From an uncultured Spirochaetales bacterium (lineage in GTDB: Bacteria > Spirochaetota > Spirochaetia > JABMQR01): DNA of 64,000 nucleotides. This document shows positions 40,077-50,513 of this stretch, in pieces. How positions within the stretch are numbered: position 1 is the stretch's first letter; each line of letters begins with the position of its first letter. The stretch lies in contig CAZMOX010000002.1 in NCBI GenBank assembly GCA_964567895.1, forward strand, positions 6,307 through 70,306, given 5' to 3'. The position numbers and the translations under genes are program-made. The notes beneath the pieces were generated by a model. That model did not search any database. It was not told the DNA's origin and was given only the letters and a program-made list of their open reading frames with translations.

Positions 40077-40613
40077 TTATGCGCCGGATTTTCCAATCTT
40101 ACGCTTAATCGTTTCATTATCATATTTAATACCTTTACCTTTGTACGGTTCAGGTGGTCTCAGAGATCTAATTTCAGCTGCTGTCTGACCAACACGCTGC
40201 TTATTAATCCCTGTTATAATAACTTTACTTTGCCCTTCACAAGCTATCTGTACATCATCACTAATCATGAACTCTATCTGGGTTGAATATCCCAGGTTAA
40301 GGAACAATATATCACCCATAATTTCTGCACGGTAACCAACACCATTAATAAGCAGTGTTCGGGAAAAACCCTTTGTAACACCGATAATCATGTTTTTGAT
40401 AAGTTGTCTGTAGAGTCCGTGATAAGCACGAGCTTTCTTAGAGTCATTTTTTCTGGTAACAACAACTGAATCCCCTTCAACAGCAATAGCAACCTGTGGT
40501 TGATAATCCTGCACCTCTTTCCCTTTTGGGCCTTCAACAGTAATAAGGGCTTCAGAAATAGTAACCGTTACGCCTTTAGGCAGATCTATTGGTATTTTAC
40601 CGATTCGTGACAT
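40077..40613 (-). CDS. rplF: 50S ribosomal protein L6
   Basis: MSRIGKIPIDLPKGV... two L6 domains. Confidence 0.95.
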   Translation of the reverse strand: MSRIGKIPIDLPKGVTVTISEALITVEGPKGKEVQDYQPQVAIAVEGDSVVVTRKNDSKKARAYHGLYRQLIKNMIIGVTKGFSRTLLINGVGYRAEIMGDILFLNLGYSTQIEFMISDDVQIACEGQSKVIITGINKQRVGQTAAEIRSLRPPEPYKGKGIKYDNETIKRKIGKSGA

Positions 40614-40631
40614 AACTTCTCCCCCTCACCC

Positions 40632-41030
40632 TTACCATACTGAACAGATCAGTTCACCACCGACCATTAATTCAGTAGCTTTCTTACCGGATAAAACACC
40701 GGTAGAAGTCGATACAATAACTACACCATAACCATTATAGATTCTCGGAAGTTTCCTATACCCGGTATAGACTCTCCTACCCGGTTTAGATAAACGCTCA
40801 ATACCATGTAAAACAGGGTTCTGTGCTTCATCATATTTAAGAAAAATACGAGTATAATTAAATCCACTTTTAGTAACTTTTTTGAAGTTTTTAATATACC
40901 CTTCATTCTTAAGTATCTTGATTATCTGGAGTTTAATATTTGATGTTTGTACATCAACTTTCTCATGTTTTGCCTGATTGGCATTTCTTACTTTTGTCAG
41001 CATATCTGCTACAGGATCACTAATTGCCAT
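40632..41030 (-). CDS. rpsH: 30S ribosomal protein S8
   Basis: [13 protein letters not shown]... pattern. Confidence 0.95.
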   Translation of the reverse strand: MAISDPVADMLTKVRNANQAKHEKVDVQTSNIKLQIIKILKNEGYIKNFKKVTKSGFNYTRIFLKYDEAQNPVLHGIERLSKPGRRVYTGYRKLPRIYNGYGVVIVSTSTGVLSGKKATELMVGGELICSVW

Positions 41031-41039
41031 TTCTCTCTC

Positions 41040-41228
41040 CTACCAGCTGGATTTCGTGACGCCAGGAATTTTACCTTCACTAGCAAGTTTTCTAAAGCAG
41101 ATTCTGCACATCTGAAATTTTCTCATGTAACCTCTTGGTCTACCGCAAACTCTACAACGGTTAACTTTTCTGGTACTGTATTTAGGCTCTCTCTGAGCCT
41201 TAATAATCATTGATTTTTTTGCCATCAA
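41040..41228 (-). CDS. rpsZ: 30S ribosomal protein S14 type Z (zinc-binding)
   Basis: 61-aa form with CRVCGRPRG...CRICFR zinc ribbon. Confidence 0.93.
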   Translation of the reverse strand: MMAKKSMIIKAQREPKYSTRKVNRCRVCGRPRGYMRKFQMCRICFRKLASEGKIPGVTKSSW

Positions 41229-41239
41229 TTTACTCCCAA

Positions 41240-41791
41240 CTATTTGCTAAACGGCATTCCGAGCCTTTTTAAAAGTGCGAATCCTTCTTCATCGGTATTT
41301 GCTGTTGTAACGATAGCTACATTCAGCCCGCTTATTCTCTCAATTTTATCATAATCAATCTCCGGGAAAATTATCTGTTCGGTAATTCCCATTGAGTAAT
41401 TTCCACGACCATCAAAAGCATTTGGGTTCACACCCCTAAAGTCCTTAATACGGGCAAGGGAAACATTTAAAAATCTGTCCAGAAATTCCCACATTTTTTC
41501 ACCGCGAAGTGTAGTTACGGTACCAATCTCTGATCCCTGCCTCAATTTAAAATTTGCGATAGATTTTCGTGCTTTTGTCTTAACTGCATGCTGACCGGTA
41601 ATTTGTTCGATCTCTTTTACAGCTGAATCCAGAAGCTTTTTGTTATCAATTGCTTCACCAACACCAGCACTTATAGATACTTTCTGAATACTGGGAATCT
41701 GCATTACAGAGCTGTAGCTGAATTCCTTCATCAATTCAGGTGCTACTTTCTCTTTGTACAGTTTCTTCATTCTAGGTATATACTGATCCAT
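41240..41791 (-). CDS. rplE: 50S ribosomal protein L5
   Basis: L5 pattern (RLKKLYKEK..., GMDISIVTT-type C-terminus). Confidence 0.95.
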   Translation of the reverse strand: MDQYIPRMKKLYKEKVAPELMKEFSYSSVMQIPSIQKVSISAGVGEAIDNKKLLDSAVKEIEQITGQHAVKTKARKSIANFKLRQGSEIGTVTTLRGEKMWEFLDRFLNVSLARIKDFRGVNPNAFDGRGNYSMGITEQIIFPEIDYDKIERISGLNVAIVTTANTDEEGFALLKRLGMPFSK

Positions 41792-42132
41792 TAGAGCACT
41801 TCTCCTGTTTTCTTAGCTATTCTGACTTTTTTCCCGTCTCTAATTTCAAACCCGATTCTTGAAGTCGAACCATCTTTTGTAATTATAGCTACATTAGAAA
41901 TATGCAAAGGTACTTCGATCTCAATAATACCGCCCTTGTCCTGCTGACTTTTCTTTTTTACAGCTTTCTTGGCAATATTCAAGCCTTGAACAATAACACG
42001 ATCACTATCACGGTCAATTTTCAGGATTCGGCCAGTCTTACCTTTGTCCTTTCCCGCAATAACTTTAACTGTATCATCCTTTTTCAGTTTGATCTTTTTC
42101 ATTTCATTCTCCCTACAACACTTCCGGCGCAA
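41791..42132 (-). CDS. rplX: 50S ribosomal protein L24. The likely true start is the internal Met ([10 protein letters not shown], ~42102).
   Basis: KOW motif ([18 protein letters not shown]). The ORF-track N-terminus overlaps rplN. Confidence 0.92.
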   Translation of the reverse strand: MRRKCCRENEMKKIKLKKDDTVKVIAGKDKGKTGRILKIDRDSDRVIVQGLNIAKKAVKKKSQQDKGGIIEIEVPLHISNVAIITKDGSTSRIGFEIRDGKKVRIAKKTGEVL

Positions 42133-42481
42133 GTGAGACTATCTTCATGAATCCGCAATCACGTAATTCACGAGCCACAGGGCCAAAGATTCGCTTCCCG
42201 CGAGGGTTGCTGTTGGCATCGATAATTACACAAGCATTGTCATCGAACCTGATATATGTACCGTCTGGTCTTCGGTATTCTTTTTTTGTTCTTACAATAA
42301 CAGCTTTCTCAACAGATCCTTTTTCGATCTGGCCATTAGGAAGAGCAACTTTTACCGCTACTACAATTATGTCACCTATACTGGCATTCATTCTTCTGCT
42401 GCCACCCAGTACTTTTATGCACTGAACACGCTTTGCGCCACTATTATCCGCAACATTTAAATATGTCTGCATCTGAATCAT
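42113..42481 (-). CDS. rplN: 50S ribosomal protein L14
   Basis: [27 protein letters not shown]. Confidence 0.96.
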   Translation of the reverse strand: MIQMQTYLNVADNSGAKRVQCIKVLGGSRRMNASIGDIIVVAVKVALPNGQIEKGSVEKAVIVRTKKEYRRPDGTYIRFDDNACVIIDANSNPRGKRIFGPVARELRDCGFMKIVSLAPEVL

Positions 42482-42499
42482 AATGCAACTCCTTCCGCC

Positions 42500-42766
42500 T
42501 TATTTTGCCCGCTCTACAACCTGAATCAGTCTCCAACATTTGTCTTTACTGATAGGTCTGCATTCAACTACACGAACAGTATCACCAATTTGTGCTTCAT
42601 TCCTCTCGTCGTGTGCTTTTACTTTCTTTGTTTTCTTTACATATTTTTTGTAAAGGGGATGAAGTTGTTTTGAGGAAAAAGAGATTACAATGGTTTTATC
42701 CATCTTGTCACTTACAACTTGTCCGATATAGGTCTTCTTATTTTCTTTCATAAACGCAGGCCTCAC
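42500..42766 (-). CDS. rpsQ: 30S ribosomal protein S17
   Basis: GQVVSDKMDKTIVI OB-fold pattern. Confidence 0.93.
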   Translation of the reverse strand: MRPAFMKENKKTYIGQVVSDKMDKTIVISFSSKQLHPLYKKYVKKTKKVKAHDERNEAQIGDTVRVVECRPISKDKCWRLIQVVERAK

Positions 42767-42973
42767 TTACTGCTTATTTTCGCGTATGCCCAACGCATAT
42801 TCATGAATGATAGTATTAACCCTCGCTATTCCTCTTCTTACAATCCGCAATGCAAGAGGATTATCAAGATGGCCAAGTACTTTATCCATTCTTAACTCAA
42901 GATACTTCTTATGAAGTTCTTCTTTTTTATTTACGAGCTCTGTATATGTCAGATCATCGAAAGAATTCTTCAT
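42767..42973 (-). CDS. rpmC: 50S ribosomal protein L29
   Basis: Short helical protein in the conserved S10-operon position (ELRMDKVLGHLDNPLALRIVRRGIARV). Confidence 0.88.
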   Translation of the reverse strand: MKNSFDDLTYTELVNKKEELHKKYLELRMDKVLGHLDNPLALRIVRRGIARVNTIIHEYALGIRENKQ

Positions 42974-42976
42974 ACA

Positions 42977-43393
42977 CTACTCCAAATCTCTTCGTTTCAC
43001 GAATTTAGTCTTTATCGGAAGCTTACTTGAAGCAAGTTTCATAGCTTCCATAGCAAGATTCTCGGGAATACCACCCATTTCGAACATAACAGCACCTTTT
43101 TTGACTACTGCTACCCAACCTTCAGGATTACCCTTACCTTTCCCCTGCCTTGTTTCAGCAGGTTTCTTTGTAAACGGCATGTCAGGAAAAATTCGAATCC
43201 AAACTTTTCCACCCCTCTTTACGTGACGGGTCATGGCAATACGGGCAGCTTCTATCTGGCGGTTGGTAATCCAACGCGGTTCAAGTGCAACCAAACCGAA
43301 ATCACCAAATGCAACCGTATTTCCCCGGCGTGCAACGCCGTCCATCTTCCCTCTCTGTTTTTTTCTATACTTAACTCTTTTAGGACTAAGCAT
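42977..43393 (-). CDS. rplP: 50S ribosomal protein L16
   Basis: [15 protein letters not shown]... pattern. Confidence 0.96.
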   Translation of the reverse strand: MLSPKRVKYRKKQRGKMDGVARRGNTVAFGDFGLVALEPRWITNRQIEAARIAMTRHVKRGGKVWIRIFPDMPFTKKPAETRQGKGKGNPEGWVAVVKKGAVMFEMGGIPENLAMEAMKLASSKLPIKTKFVKRRDLE

Positions 43394-43398
43394 CGCTA

Positions 43399-44103
43399 CT
43401 AACTCCTTGCTGTTCTGGTACGCTCTTTAGTTTGCTTGACCAGCAGGCCGGCGTCTTCTTTCTTTGCTCTGTCATAGATCTCACCATTGTAGATCCATAC
43501 CTTTACACCAATCGCACCAAATGTAGTATTTGCCTCAGTAAATCCATAATCAATATCAGACCTTAGCGTATGAAGAGGTACTCTTCCCTCTTTATGCCAC
43601 TCAGTCCTGGCCATTTCTGCTCCGCCAAGTCTGCCGGAAATTTTAATTTTAACTCCCTGAACACCTGCACGCATCGCACTACTAACAGCCATTTTAAGGG
43701 ATCTTCTGAAAGATCCGCGCATCATCAACTGTCTTGCTACATTGAGGGCAATCAGTTGAGCATCCGCTTCCGGTCTTTTGATCTCTTTTATTTTGATCTG
43801 TATCTTTTTATCGGCGAGTTTCTGAAGTCTTCCGCCAAGTTTTTCAACATTCGCGCCTTTTGCTCCGATAATGATCCCCGGACGTGATGTTTTAATAATA
43901 ATCGTTATCCGCTGTGGTTTCCTGACTATTTCTATATCAGCAATATCAGCACCCTTTGTTTCAGGACATGTCTCAAGAGCTTTTCTTAAACGCAGATCTT
44001 CATGCAGTGTCTCAGCATAATCTTTAGGATCTACATACCACTTTGATTTCCATGTTTTGTTGATCCCAAGACGAAGCCCTATAGGATTTACTTTCTGACC
44101 CAT
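43399..44103 (-). CDS. rpsC: 30S ribosomal protein S3
   Basis: [13 protein letters not shown]... KH plus S3-C domains. Confidence 0.96.
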   Translation of the reverse strand: MGQKVNPIGLRLGINKTWKSKWYVDPKDYAETLHEDLRLRKALETCPETKGADIADIEIVRKPQRITIIIKTSRPGIIIGAKGANVEKLGGRLQKLADKKIQIKIKEIKRPEADAQLIALNVARQLMMRGSFRRSLKMAVSSAMRAGVQGVKIKISGRLGGAEMARTEWHKEGRVPLHTLRSDIDYGFTEANTTFGAIGVKVWIYNGEIYDRAKKEDAGLLVKQTKERTRTARS

Positions 44104-44475
44104 CTACTCCTCCATACTCGCAATTTCATCGACTACTACAGATATATGACTCATTCTTTTAAGAAGTATATCCCTTCTACCATGTGAACGCGCCCATACT
44201 CTCTTAAGTCTAGGACCTTCATCAATCCGTATTTCTTTGAGAAAAAGCATCTCTTCGTCCAATTTTTTGTTTTGTACCAGAGCGTTTGCCGCAGCCGATT
44301 TAACGACCTTACTCAGCAGTCCCGCCCCTTTCTGAGGCATAGCCTCAAGTATCGCAACCGCTTCAGCATACGTCTTGCGGCGAACAAGATCTGCAACCGG
44401 CCGCACTTTAGAGGGAGAAACCATCAAATATTTAGCGATAGCTCTGTATCCTTTTTTAGATTCTACACCCATCAC
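44104..44475 (-). CDS. rplV: 50S ribosomal protein L22
   Basis: L22 fold pattern ([23 protein letters not shown]). Confidence 0.92.
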   Translation of the reverse strand: MMGVESKKGYRAIAKYLMVSPSKVRPVADLVRRKTYAEAVAILEAMPQKGAGLLSKVVKSAAANALVQNKKLDEEMLFLKEIRIDEGPRLKRVWARSHGRRDILLKRMSHISVVVDEIASMEE

Positions 44476-44484
44476 AATACCTAC

Positions 44485-44763
44485 TTACCTTTTTAATTTC
44501 TTGTCGGATTTTATATGTCCACGATAAAAACGGGTTGGGGAAAACTCGCCGAGTTTATGTCCAACGAGATTCTCAGTTAAATAAACCGGAACCCATGTTT
44601 TTCCATTGTAGACAGAGATGGTAAATCCAACCATTTCTGGAATAATAGTTGAGCAGCGGGAATATGTTTTTATCATAGGTTTTTGACCCGCTTTGTTAGC
44701 TTCCAGAATCCTCTTATAGAGTTTTTTATCAATAAAAGGACCTTTTTTAATTGACCTAGCCAC
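44485..44763 (-). CDS. rpsS: 30S ribosomal protein S19
   Basis: [15 protein letters not shown]...[11 protein letters not shown]. Confidence 0.96.
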   Translation of the reverse strand: MARSIKKGPFIDKKLYKRILEANKAGQKPMIKTYSRCSTIIPEMVGFTISVYNGKTWVPVYLTENLVGHKLGEFSPTRFYRGHIKSDKKLKR

Positions 44764-44847
44764 TTTACGCTCCTACAAATATCAATGAATAGACAAACTT
44801 ACCAACTGCCGAAGCAAATTGACAATACAGTCTGTCAATTTTACAAT

Positions 44848-45669
44848 CTATCTCTTTTTCACAATAAACTTGCTTGAAGATTTATTCTTCTTCCGTGTTT
44901 TATAACCTTTTGCAGGCTGTCCCCATGGAGAAACAGGATGACGTCCACCGGATGTCTTTCCTTCACCTCCACCATGCGGGTGGTCTACAGGGTTCATAAC
45001 AACACCCCTTACTTTCGGACGGTTCCCCAACCAACGGGCTCTTCCTGCCTTACCGAGTGAAACATTCATATGATCTTCGTTTCCGAGAGAACCAATAGTT
45101 GCATAACATGAACCAAAGATCATTCTCATCTCTCCAGACGGCAGCTTAAGGGTTACATAATCGCCTTCTTTAGCAACGACAACCGCACCAAGTCCAGCTG
45201 AACGAACAAACTGCCCACCCTTGCCGAGCTGAAGCTCAACATTATGAACTGTTAAACCCAAAGGGATATTTTTAAGCGGAAGAGCATTACCAACCTGAAG
45301 AGGTGCCTGTTCTCCACTTAAAATCTTTGTACCTACAACCAGAGCTCTAGGTGCAAGAATATACCTTTTCTCCCCATCAGCATATGCCACAAGAGCGATA
45401 TTTGCTGTCCTGTTTGGATCATACTCGATGGTTTTTATGGTACCGGGAATATCAAATTTATTTCGTTTAAAATCAATTTCCCTGTATTTTCTCTTATGCC
45501 CGCCGCCTCGCCTTCGAACACTAATACGTCCGCCTGCTCCACGACCTGCATTCTTACTCAAACCACTAGTTAAAGATTTTTCACTTCCGGTTTTTGTAAT
45601 CTCTTCAAACGTAAGACTTGTTTTGTACCGAAGACTTGGGGTCCTTGGCTTGTATTTTTTAATACCCAT
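44848..45669 (-). CDS. rplB: 50S ribosomal protein L2
   Basis: [25 protein letters not shown] signature. Confidence 0.97.
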   Translation of the reverse strand: MGIKKYKPRTPSLRYKTSLTFEEITKTGSEKSLTSGLSKNAGRGAGGRISVRRRGGGHKRKYREIDFKRNKFDIPGTIKTIEYDPNRTANIALVAYADGEKRYILAPRALVVGTKILSGEQAPLQVGNALPLKNIPLGLTVHNVELQLGKGGQFVRSAGLGAVVVAKEGDYVTLKLPSGEMRMIFGSCYATIGSLGNEDHMNVSLGKAGRARWLGNRPKVRGVVMNPVDHPHGGGEGKTSGGRHPVSPWGQPAKGYKTRKKNKSSSKFIVKKR

Positions 45670-45680
45670 CTGCGACCCTC

Positions 45681-46004
45681 CTATACGCCTTCAATCTTTG
45701 ATATAGAATCGCCGGCCTGCACCGTTACGATTGCTTTTTTCCAGGGTGTGGTTGAACCTGCACGTACACCGGATTTTGTTCTGGTATATTTCGGTTTTCC
45801 CTTAACTGAAAGAATATTGCATTTAATTGGTTTTACGGAAAATAATTCCTCAACTGCCTGCATAACCTGGATCTTGTTTGCACGGGGGTTGATCTTAAAA
45901 GTATACTTCTTCTCTTCCCTCTCCCGCATAATATTCGACTTTTCAGTCAAAACCGGTTCTATAATTATTTGATCTGCTCTCACTTTCGACCCCTTACTTT
46001 TCAC
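45681..46004 (-). CDS. rplW: 50S ribosomal protein L23
   Basis: Position and size; [23 protein letters not shown] pattern. Confidence 0.9.
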   Translation of the reverse strand: MKSKGSKVRADQIIIEPVLTEKSNIMREREEKKYTFKINPRANKIQVMQAVEELFSVKPIKCNILSVKGKPKYTRTKSGVRAGSTTPWKKAIVTVQAGDSISKIEGV

Positions 46005-46623
46005 CGTAAAAATCGTTCAGATTGCCAGCAGCCGTTTCCATGACCAGCACATTTTTTCCATACAGCAACTCTTTAGCAGAGAGTCTGTTGTAAGAGAGGA
46101 ATCTCAGCCAGGGTATGTTTTTTCCTGCCCTTCTCAGCATTTTGTCATCATCTTTCAGAATAATAATCGTTCGTTTATTATCATTTACAAAATTAGACAA
46201 CACTTTAGCCAGATCCTTTGTCTTACCACTCTCTATTGTAAAATCCTCAACAACTCTAATCTCTTCATCACGAACTTTCATGGACAGAAGGGAAATCATT
46301 GCAAGACGTTTCATCTTCTTAGGAATTTTATAGCTGTAATCTCTTGGTTTAGGACCAAAAACAGTTCCTCCACCAACCCATAAGGGTGACTTTTTATCTC
46401 CAGCACGAGCATGGCCTGTACCTTTCTGTCTCCAGGGTTTACTGTTACTATAATTAACCTCACCCCTGGTTTTTGTACAGGCAGTACCGACTCTACGATT
46501 TGCCAATTCATTATTTACGGCGTAATAGATTGAACCATCACTGATTTCTCTATTAAAGACATCATCGCTTAACGTGACATCCTTTATCTCTTCGCCTTGT
46601 ATAGAAAAGACTTTTGCTTTCAT
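45994..46623 (-). CDS. rplD: 50S ribosomal protein L4
   Basis: [30 protein letters not shown] motif. Confidence 0.95.
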   Translation of the reverse strand: MKAKVFSIQGEEIKDVTLSDDVFNREISDGSIYYAVNNELANRRVGTACTKTRGEVNYSNSKPWRQKGTGHARAGDKKSPLWVGGGTVFGPKPRDYSYKIPKKMKRLAMISLLSMKVRDEEIRVVEDFTIESGKTKDLAKVLSNFVNDNKRTIIILKDDDKMLRRAGKNIPWLRFLSYNRLSAKELLYGKNVLVMETAAGNLNDFYGEK

Positions 46624-46632
46624 CTTTAGCCT

Positions 46633-47253
46633 CTACTTCTTCTTTGCTTTCTTGACAATTACTACGCTCTGACGAGGACCAGGAACAGCCCCTTTAACCA
46701 TTATTACACTCTTATCTTCGTCTACTTTAACAATACGAAGATTCTGTACTGTGGTTTTCGCATCACCCATTCTTCCAGCCATTTTAGTTCCCTTAAATGT
46801 TCTGGATGGTGTTGCCGCCATTCCCGTACCGCCAAGACCTCTATGAAATTTTGAACCATGTGTAGCCCTTCCTCCAGAGAACCCGTGACGCTTCATAGCA
46901 CCCTGGAATCCTTTACCTTTAGAAGTACCTTCTACATCAACAAATGCTATATCTTTAAAAAAATCTATTCCCAAAATATCCCCAATTGCAACTTCAAGCT
47001 CAAAGTCTCTCATTTCAATTAAATATTTTCTTGGTTCACATATCTCTTTAAACTGTCCAGCATAAGGCTTTGTAACACGGTTTTTCCTTGTGTCAACAGC
47101 ACCGATTACACAAGCGCTGTAGCCATTTTTTTCTACGGTTCTTTCCGCGATAACAACATTGTTCTCGATCTTTATAACCGTAACAGGGGTAAGAATACCC
47201 CTTTCATCAAACACTTGCGTCATTCCGACTTTTTTGCCGATAAGCCCTAACAT
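46633..47253 (-). CDS. rplC: 50S ribosomal protein L3
   Basis: MLGLIGKKVGMTQVF... pattern. Confidence 0.96.
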   Translation of the reverse strand: MLGLIGKKVGMTQVFDERGILTPVTVIKIENNVVIAERTVEKNGYSACVIGAVDTRKNRVTKPYAGQFKEICEPRKYLIEMRDFELEVAIGDILGIDFFKDIAFVDVEGTSKGKGFQGAMKRHGFSGGRATHGSKFHRGLGGTGMAATPSRTFKGTKMAGRMGDAKTTVQNLRIVKVDEDKSVIMVKGAVPGPRQSVVIVKKAKKK

Positions 47254-47277
47254 CTCTTACCTCAATTGTTTATATTT

Positions 47278-47616
47278 CTACTGCTTTATCTCTACATCAA
47301 CACCAGCAGGGAGCTCAAGCTTCATTAGGGCGTCCATTACTTTAGATGTAGGATCCAGAATATCGATCAACCGTTTATGTGTCCGCATTTCGAACTGTTC
47401 ACGTGCTTTTTTATTAACGAACGGTGATCGCAGTACTGTATATTTGTTGATACGAGTAGGGAGAGGTACCGGACCTGAAACCTTTGCACCAGCACTGACA
47501 ACAGTCTGTACTATTGCCTTAGAGCTTTGTTCAACAAGCTCCACATCAAATCCTCTCAATCTAACCCGAATTCTATCTTTGGCCATTATTCCTCCAAACA
47601 TAAGTTTTGCCCGCAT
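47278..47616 (-). CDS. rpsJ: 30S ribosomal protein S10. The true start is probably ATG at 47584-47586 ([14 protein letters not shown]).
   Basis: S10 pattern (IRLKAFDHRLLD-like). The upstream extension in the ORF track runs into a terminator hairpin. Confidence 0.93.
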   Translation of the reverse strand: MRAKLMFGGIMAKDRIRVRLRGFDVELVEQSSKAIVQTVVSAGAKVSGPVPLPTRINKYTVLRSPFVNKKAREQFEMRTHKRLIDILDPTSKVMDALMKLELPAGVDVEIKQ

Positions 47617-47635
47617 TCCATGCAGGCAAAACCAT
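47600..47635 (-). terminator. Hairpin (attenuator/terminator-like) between tuf and rpsJ
   Basis: UUUUGCC-u-GCAU-gga-AUGC-g-GGCAAAA on the minus strand, followed by a U-rich stretch (cuuauguuugg). Confidence 0.45.
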
Positions 47636-47644
47636 TATCACTCA

Positions 47645-48835
47645 TTATTCGATGATTTCTACAACCTGGCCACTGGCTACGGTTCGGCCGCCTTCACGTA
47701 TAGCGAAACGCAGTCCTTTTTCCATAGCAATAGGGTTGATAAGTTCAACAAAAATCTCAGTATTATCACCAGGCATTATCATCTGTTTATCTTCAGGAAG
47801 ATTAACTGTACCAGTAATGTCAGTAGTTCTGAAATAGAACTGAGGTCTGTATCCGGAGAAGAAAGGTGAATGCCTTCCGCCTTCGTCTTTACTCAGCACA
47901 TATACTGTTCCCTTGAATTTTTTATGGGGTGTAATTGTACCCGGTTTAGCAAGAACCTGTCCACGAACAACTTCTTTCTTATCAACACCACGAAGCAGTG
48001 CACCGACATTATCACCAGCCTGCCCTGTATCAAGCAATTTGTTGAACATCTCAACACCGGTACAAACGGTTTTCCGTGTTTCACGGATTCCAACAATTTC
48101 AATATCCTCACCTACTTTCACGATACCTCTTTCAATTCTACCGGTTACAACAGTACCACGGCCCTGAATTGAAAAAATATCCTCGATAGGCATCAGAAAT
48201 GGTTTATCAACATCTCTTTCAGGAAGAGGGAAGAATGTATCCATTGCTTCAAGAAGATCTTCAACACATTTAGTCTTTGAAGGATCATCAGGATTTTCCA
48301 TTGCGTCAAAAGCAGATCCCTTAATTACCGGAACATTATCTCCATCAAATCCGTATTCGTTAAGAAGATCTCTCATCTCTTCCTCTACGAGTTCAATAAG
48401 ATCCGGATCGTCAACCTGGTCAACTTTATTAACAAAAACGATAAGAGCAGGTACACCTACCTGTCTGGCAAGAAGTATATGTTCTTTCGTCTGAGCCATT
48501 GCACCATCAGTAGCTGCTACAACAATAACAGCTCCATCCATCTGTGCAGCACCAGTAATCATGTTTTTAATATAGTCAGCGTGACCGGGACAGTCTACAT
48601 GTGCGTAGTGCCTGTTTGCTGATTCATACTCAACGTGACGGGTATTGATTGTAATTCCTCTTGCTTTTTCTTCCGGTGCATTATCAATGTCGTCATAATT
48701 CATGACCTTTGCACCGGTTTTCCTTGCGCAATGCATTGTTATAGCTGCAGTTAGGGTTGTTTTACCATGGTCAACATGCCCGATAGTACCGACGTTAATA
48801 TGCGGCTTTGTTCTCAAAAATTTTTCTTTAGCCAT
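47645..48835 (-). CDS. tuf: Elongation factor Tu
   Basis: [33 protein letters not shown]..., [12 protein letters not shown]. 396 aa. Confidence 0.98.
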   Translation of the reverse strand: MAKEKFLRTKPHINVGTIGHVDHGKTTLTAAITMHCARKTGAKVMNYDDIDNAPEEKARGITINTRHVEYESANRHYAHVDCPGHADYIKNMITGAAQMDGAVIVVAATDGAMAQTKEHILLARQVGVPALIVFVNKVDQVDDPDLIELVEEEMRDLLNEYGFDGDNVPVIKGSAFDAMENPDDPSKTKCVEDLLEAMDTFFPLPERDVDKPFLMPIEDIFSIQGRGTVVTGRIERGIVKVGEDIEIVGIRETRKTVCTGVEMFNKLLDTGQAGDNVGALLRGVDKKEVVRGQVLAKPGTITPHKKFKGTVYVLSKDEGGRHSPFFSGYRPQFYFRTTDITGTVNLPEDKQMIMPGDNTEIFVELINPIAMEKGLRFAIREGGRTVASGQVVEIIE

Positions 48836-49302
48836 CCGTTCCTCCTTGTGACTAAATCACAAAAAAATTAAAAATTTCTCATTTCAATTTCTTCTGTCGT
48901 GAACCGAGACCCTGTATTCCGCATTTTCTGAATTAAACAAAAGGAAGCGTTTAGGAAGGATCCAGAGGTTAGACAGAGGGAATTGAATTCTCCTGAATAA
49001 CATAGCACAGTATATACTGCCTATTGCCTGGACCACCTAACCACCCGTTTAAATCAATTTTATCAGCAGGATGATGGGTTTGGTTCTGACCAAAAAAATA
49101 TGACCTGAATACTCACAAAGTGCCTGTTACAGGTCGCACCTTGCAGAATATATTCTGTATTCAGTTTTTAGTCAATAGCAGTTCTTTACAAAGTCAGCAT
49201 TTATTCTATTTAACAAAAATATATGCATTTTCGTAAAAAGAGCCGGATAAAACCGGCCGCTATTAACATGATGCTCGTATAAAAAATACGAAGTATTTTT
49301 TA

Positions 49303-49345
49303 TTTTGCAGTATTCAGCTTAATAAAATTAAGCGGAATACTGCAT
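49303..49345. other. Nested near-perfect hairpin GCAGTATTC-AGCTTAAT-aa-ATTAAGC-g-GAATACTGC in the rpsG-tuf spacer
   Basis: Direct reading; ~17 paired positions with a single-base bulge. Confidence 0.6.
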
Positions 49346-49361
49346 GATAGTACTCCGTCAA

Positions 49362-49440
49362 TACTATCCGTGAAGTTTTCAAAATGAAAACCTCAAAACA
49401 ATGCTCGTTCTATCCGTGAAGTTTTCAAAATGAAAACTTC
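49362..49440. repeat. ~34-bp tandem duplicate ATCCGTGAAGTTTTCAAAATGAAAAC[C/T]TCAAAA. The second copy contains a perfect GAAGTTTTC-N5-GAAAACTTC palindrome. It sits in tuf's upstream region.
   Basis: Two adjacent copies at ~49362-49397 and ~49406-49440. Confidence 0.85.
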
Positions 49441-49471
49441 AAAATAAAAAAACTTTGTTTTTTTATACAAC

Positions 49472-49954
<483 letters not shown>

Positions 49955-50329
49955 CTACGCTTTCGGTTTCTTAGTACCGTATTTCGATCTTCCCTTTCTT
50001 CTATCATCCACACCAAGAGTATCCTTAGCACCACGAATGATATGATACCGTACACCCGGAAGGTCTTTAACCCTTCCGCCTCTCAGGAGTACTACAGAGT
50101 GCTCCTGAAGATTATGTCCGATACCGGGAATATAAGCTGTAACCTCAATCCCATTAGACAATCGCACTCTGGCAACTTTTCTCAGTGCCGAGTTCGGTTT
50201 TTTTGGTGTGACTGTCATAACACGGGTACAAACACCACGTTTTTGAGGACAGTTATCCAAAGCCGGTGAAGTTGTTTTCTTTATCTGGGCTGCTCTGCCC
50301 TTTCTTATTAATTGGTTAATTGTTGGCAT
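49955..50329 (-). CDS. rpsL: 30S ribosomal protein S12
   Basis: [12 protein letters not shown]...[10 protein letters not shown]. Confidence 0.97.
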   Translation of the reverse strand: MPTINQLIRKGRAAQIKKTTSPALDNCPQKRGVCTRVMTVTPKKPNSALRKVARVRLSNGIEVTAYIPGIGHNLQEHSVVLLRGGRVKDLPGVRYHIIRGAKDTLGVDDRRKGRSKYGTKKPKA

Positions 50330-50513
50330 CTATTCGACACACTCCCTTTCTACATAATAGTAACATCTGCTGAACTTCAATTCACAGATTTCAATTACAT
50401 GAAGCTCTTCAAAATTAGTAAACTAATTCTTATCCTTATTCCTCTATATATACAACACTTGACGTCAGCATGGATTCCGCTAAATTCCATAAATCAATTT
50501 TACATTGACTCAT

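Noticed and set aside
47159-47869. 236-aa plus-strand ORF antisense to rplC/rpsJ/tuf
   Set aside because: It lies entirely inside highly conserved minus-strand ribosomal genes and has a low-complexity S/T/P-rich translation. It is a typical antisense frame artefact.
48836-49471. Possibility that the rpsG-tuf gap hides a fusA gene or pseudogene
   Set aside because: No ORF of useful length, and no EF-G-like peptide in any frame that I could read. The spacer is AT-rich and repeat-laden. fusA is most likely encoded elsewhere, as in other spirochaetes. A TBLASTN would settle it.
50330-50513. TGACGTCA palindrome and promoter-like hexamers in the rpoC-rpsL spacer
   Set aside because: A single 8-bp palindrome with an ambiguous -35/-10 spacing on the relevant strand. 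It could be the rpsL promoter, but I could not make a convincing call.
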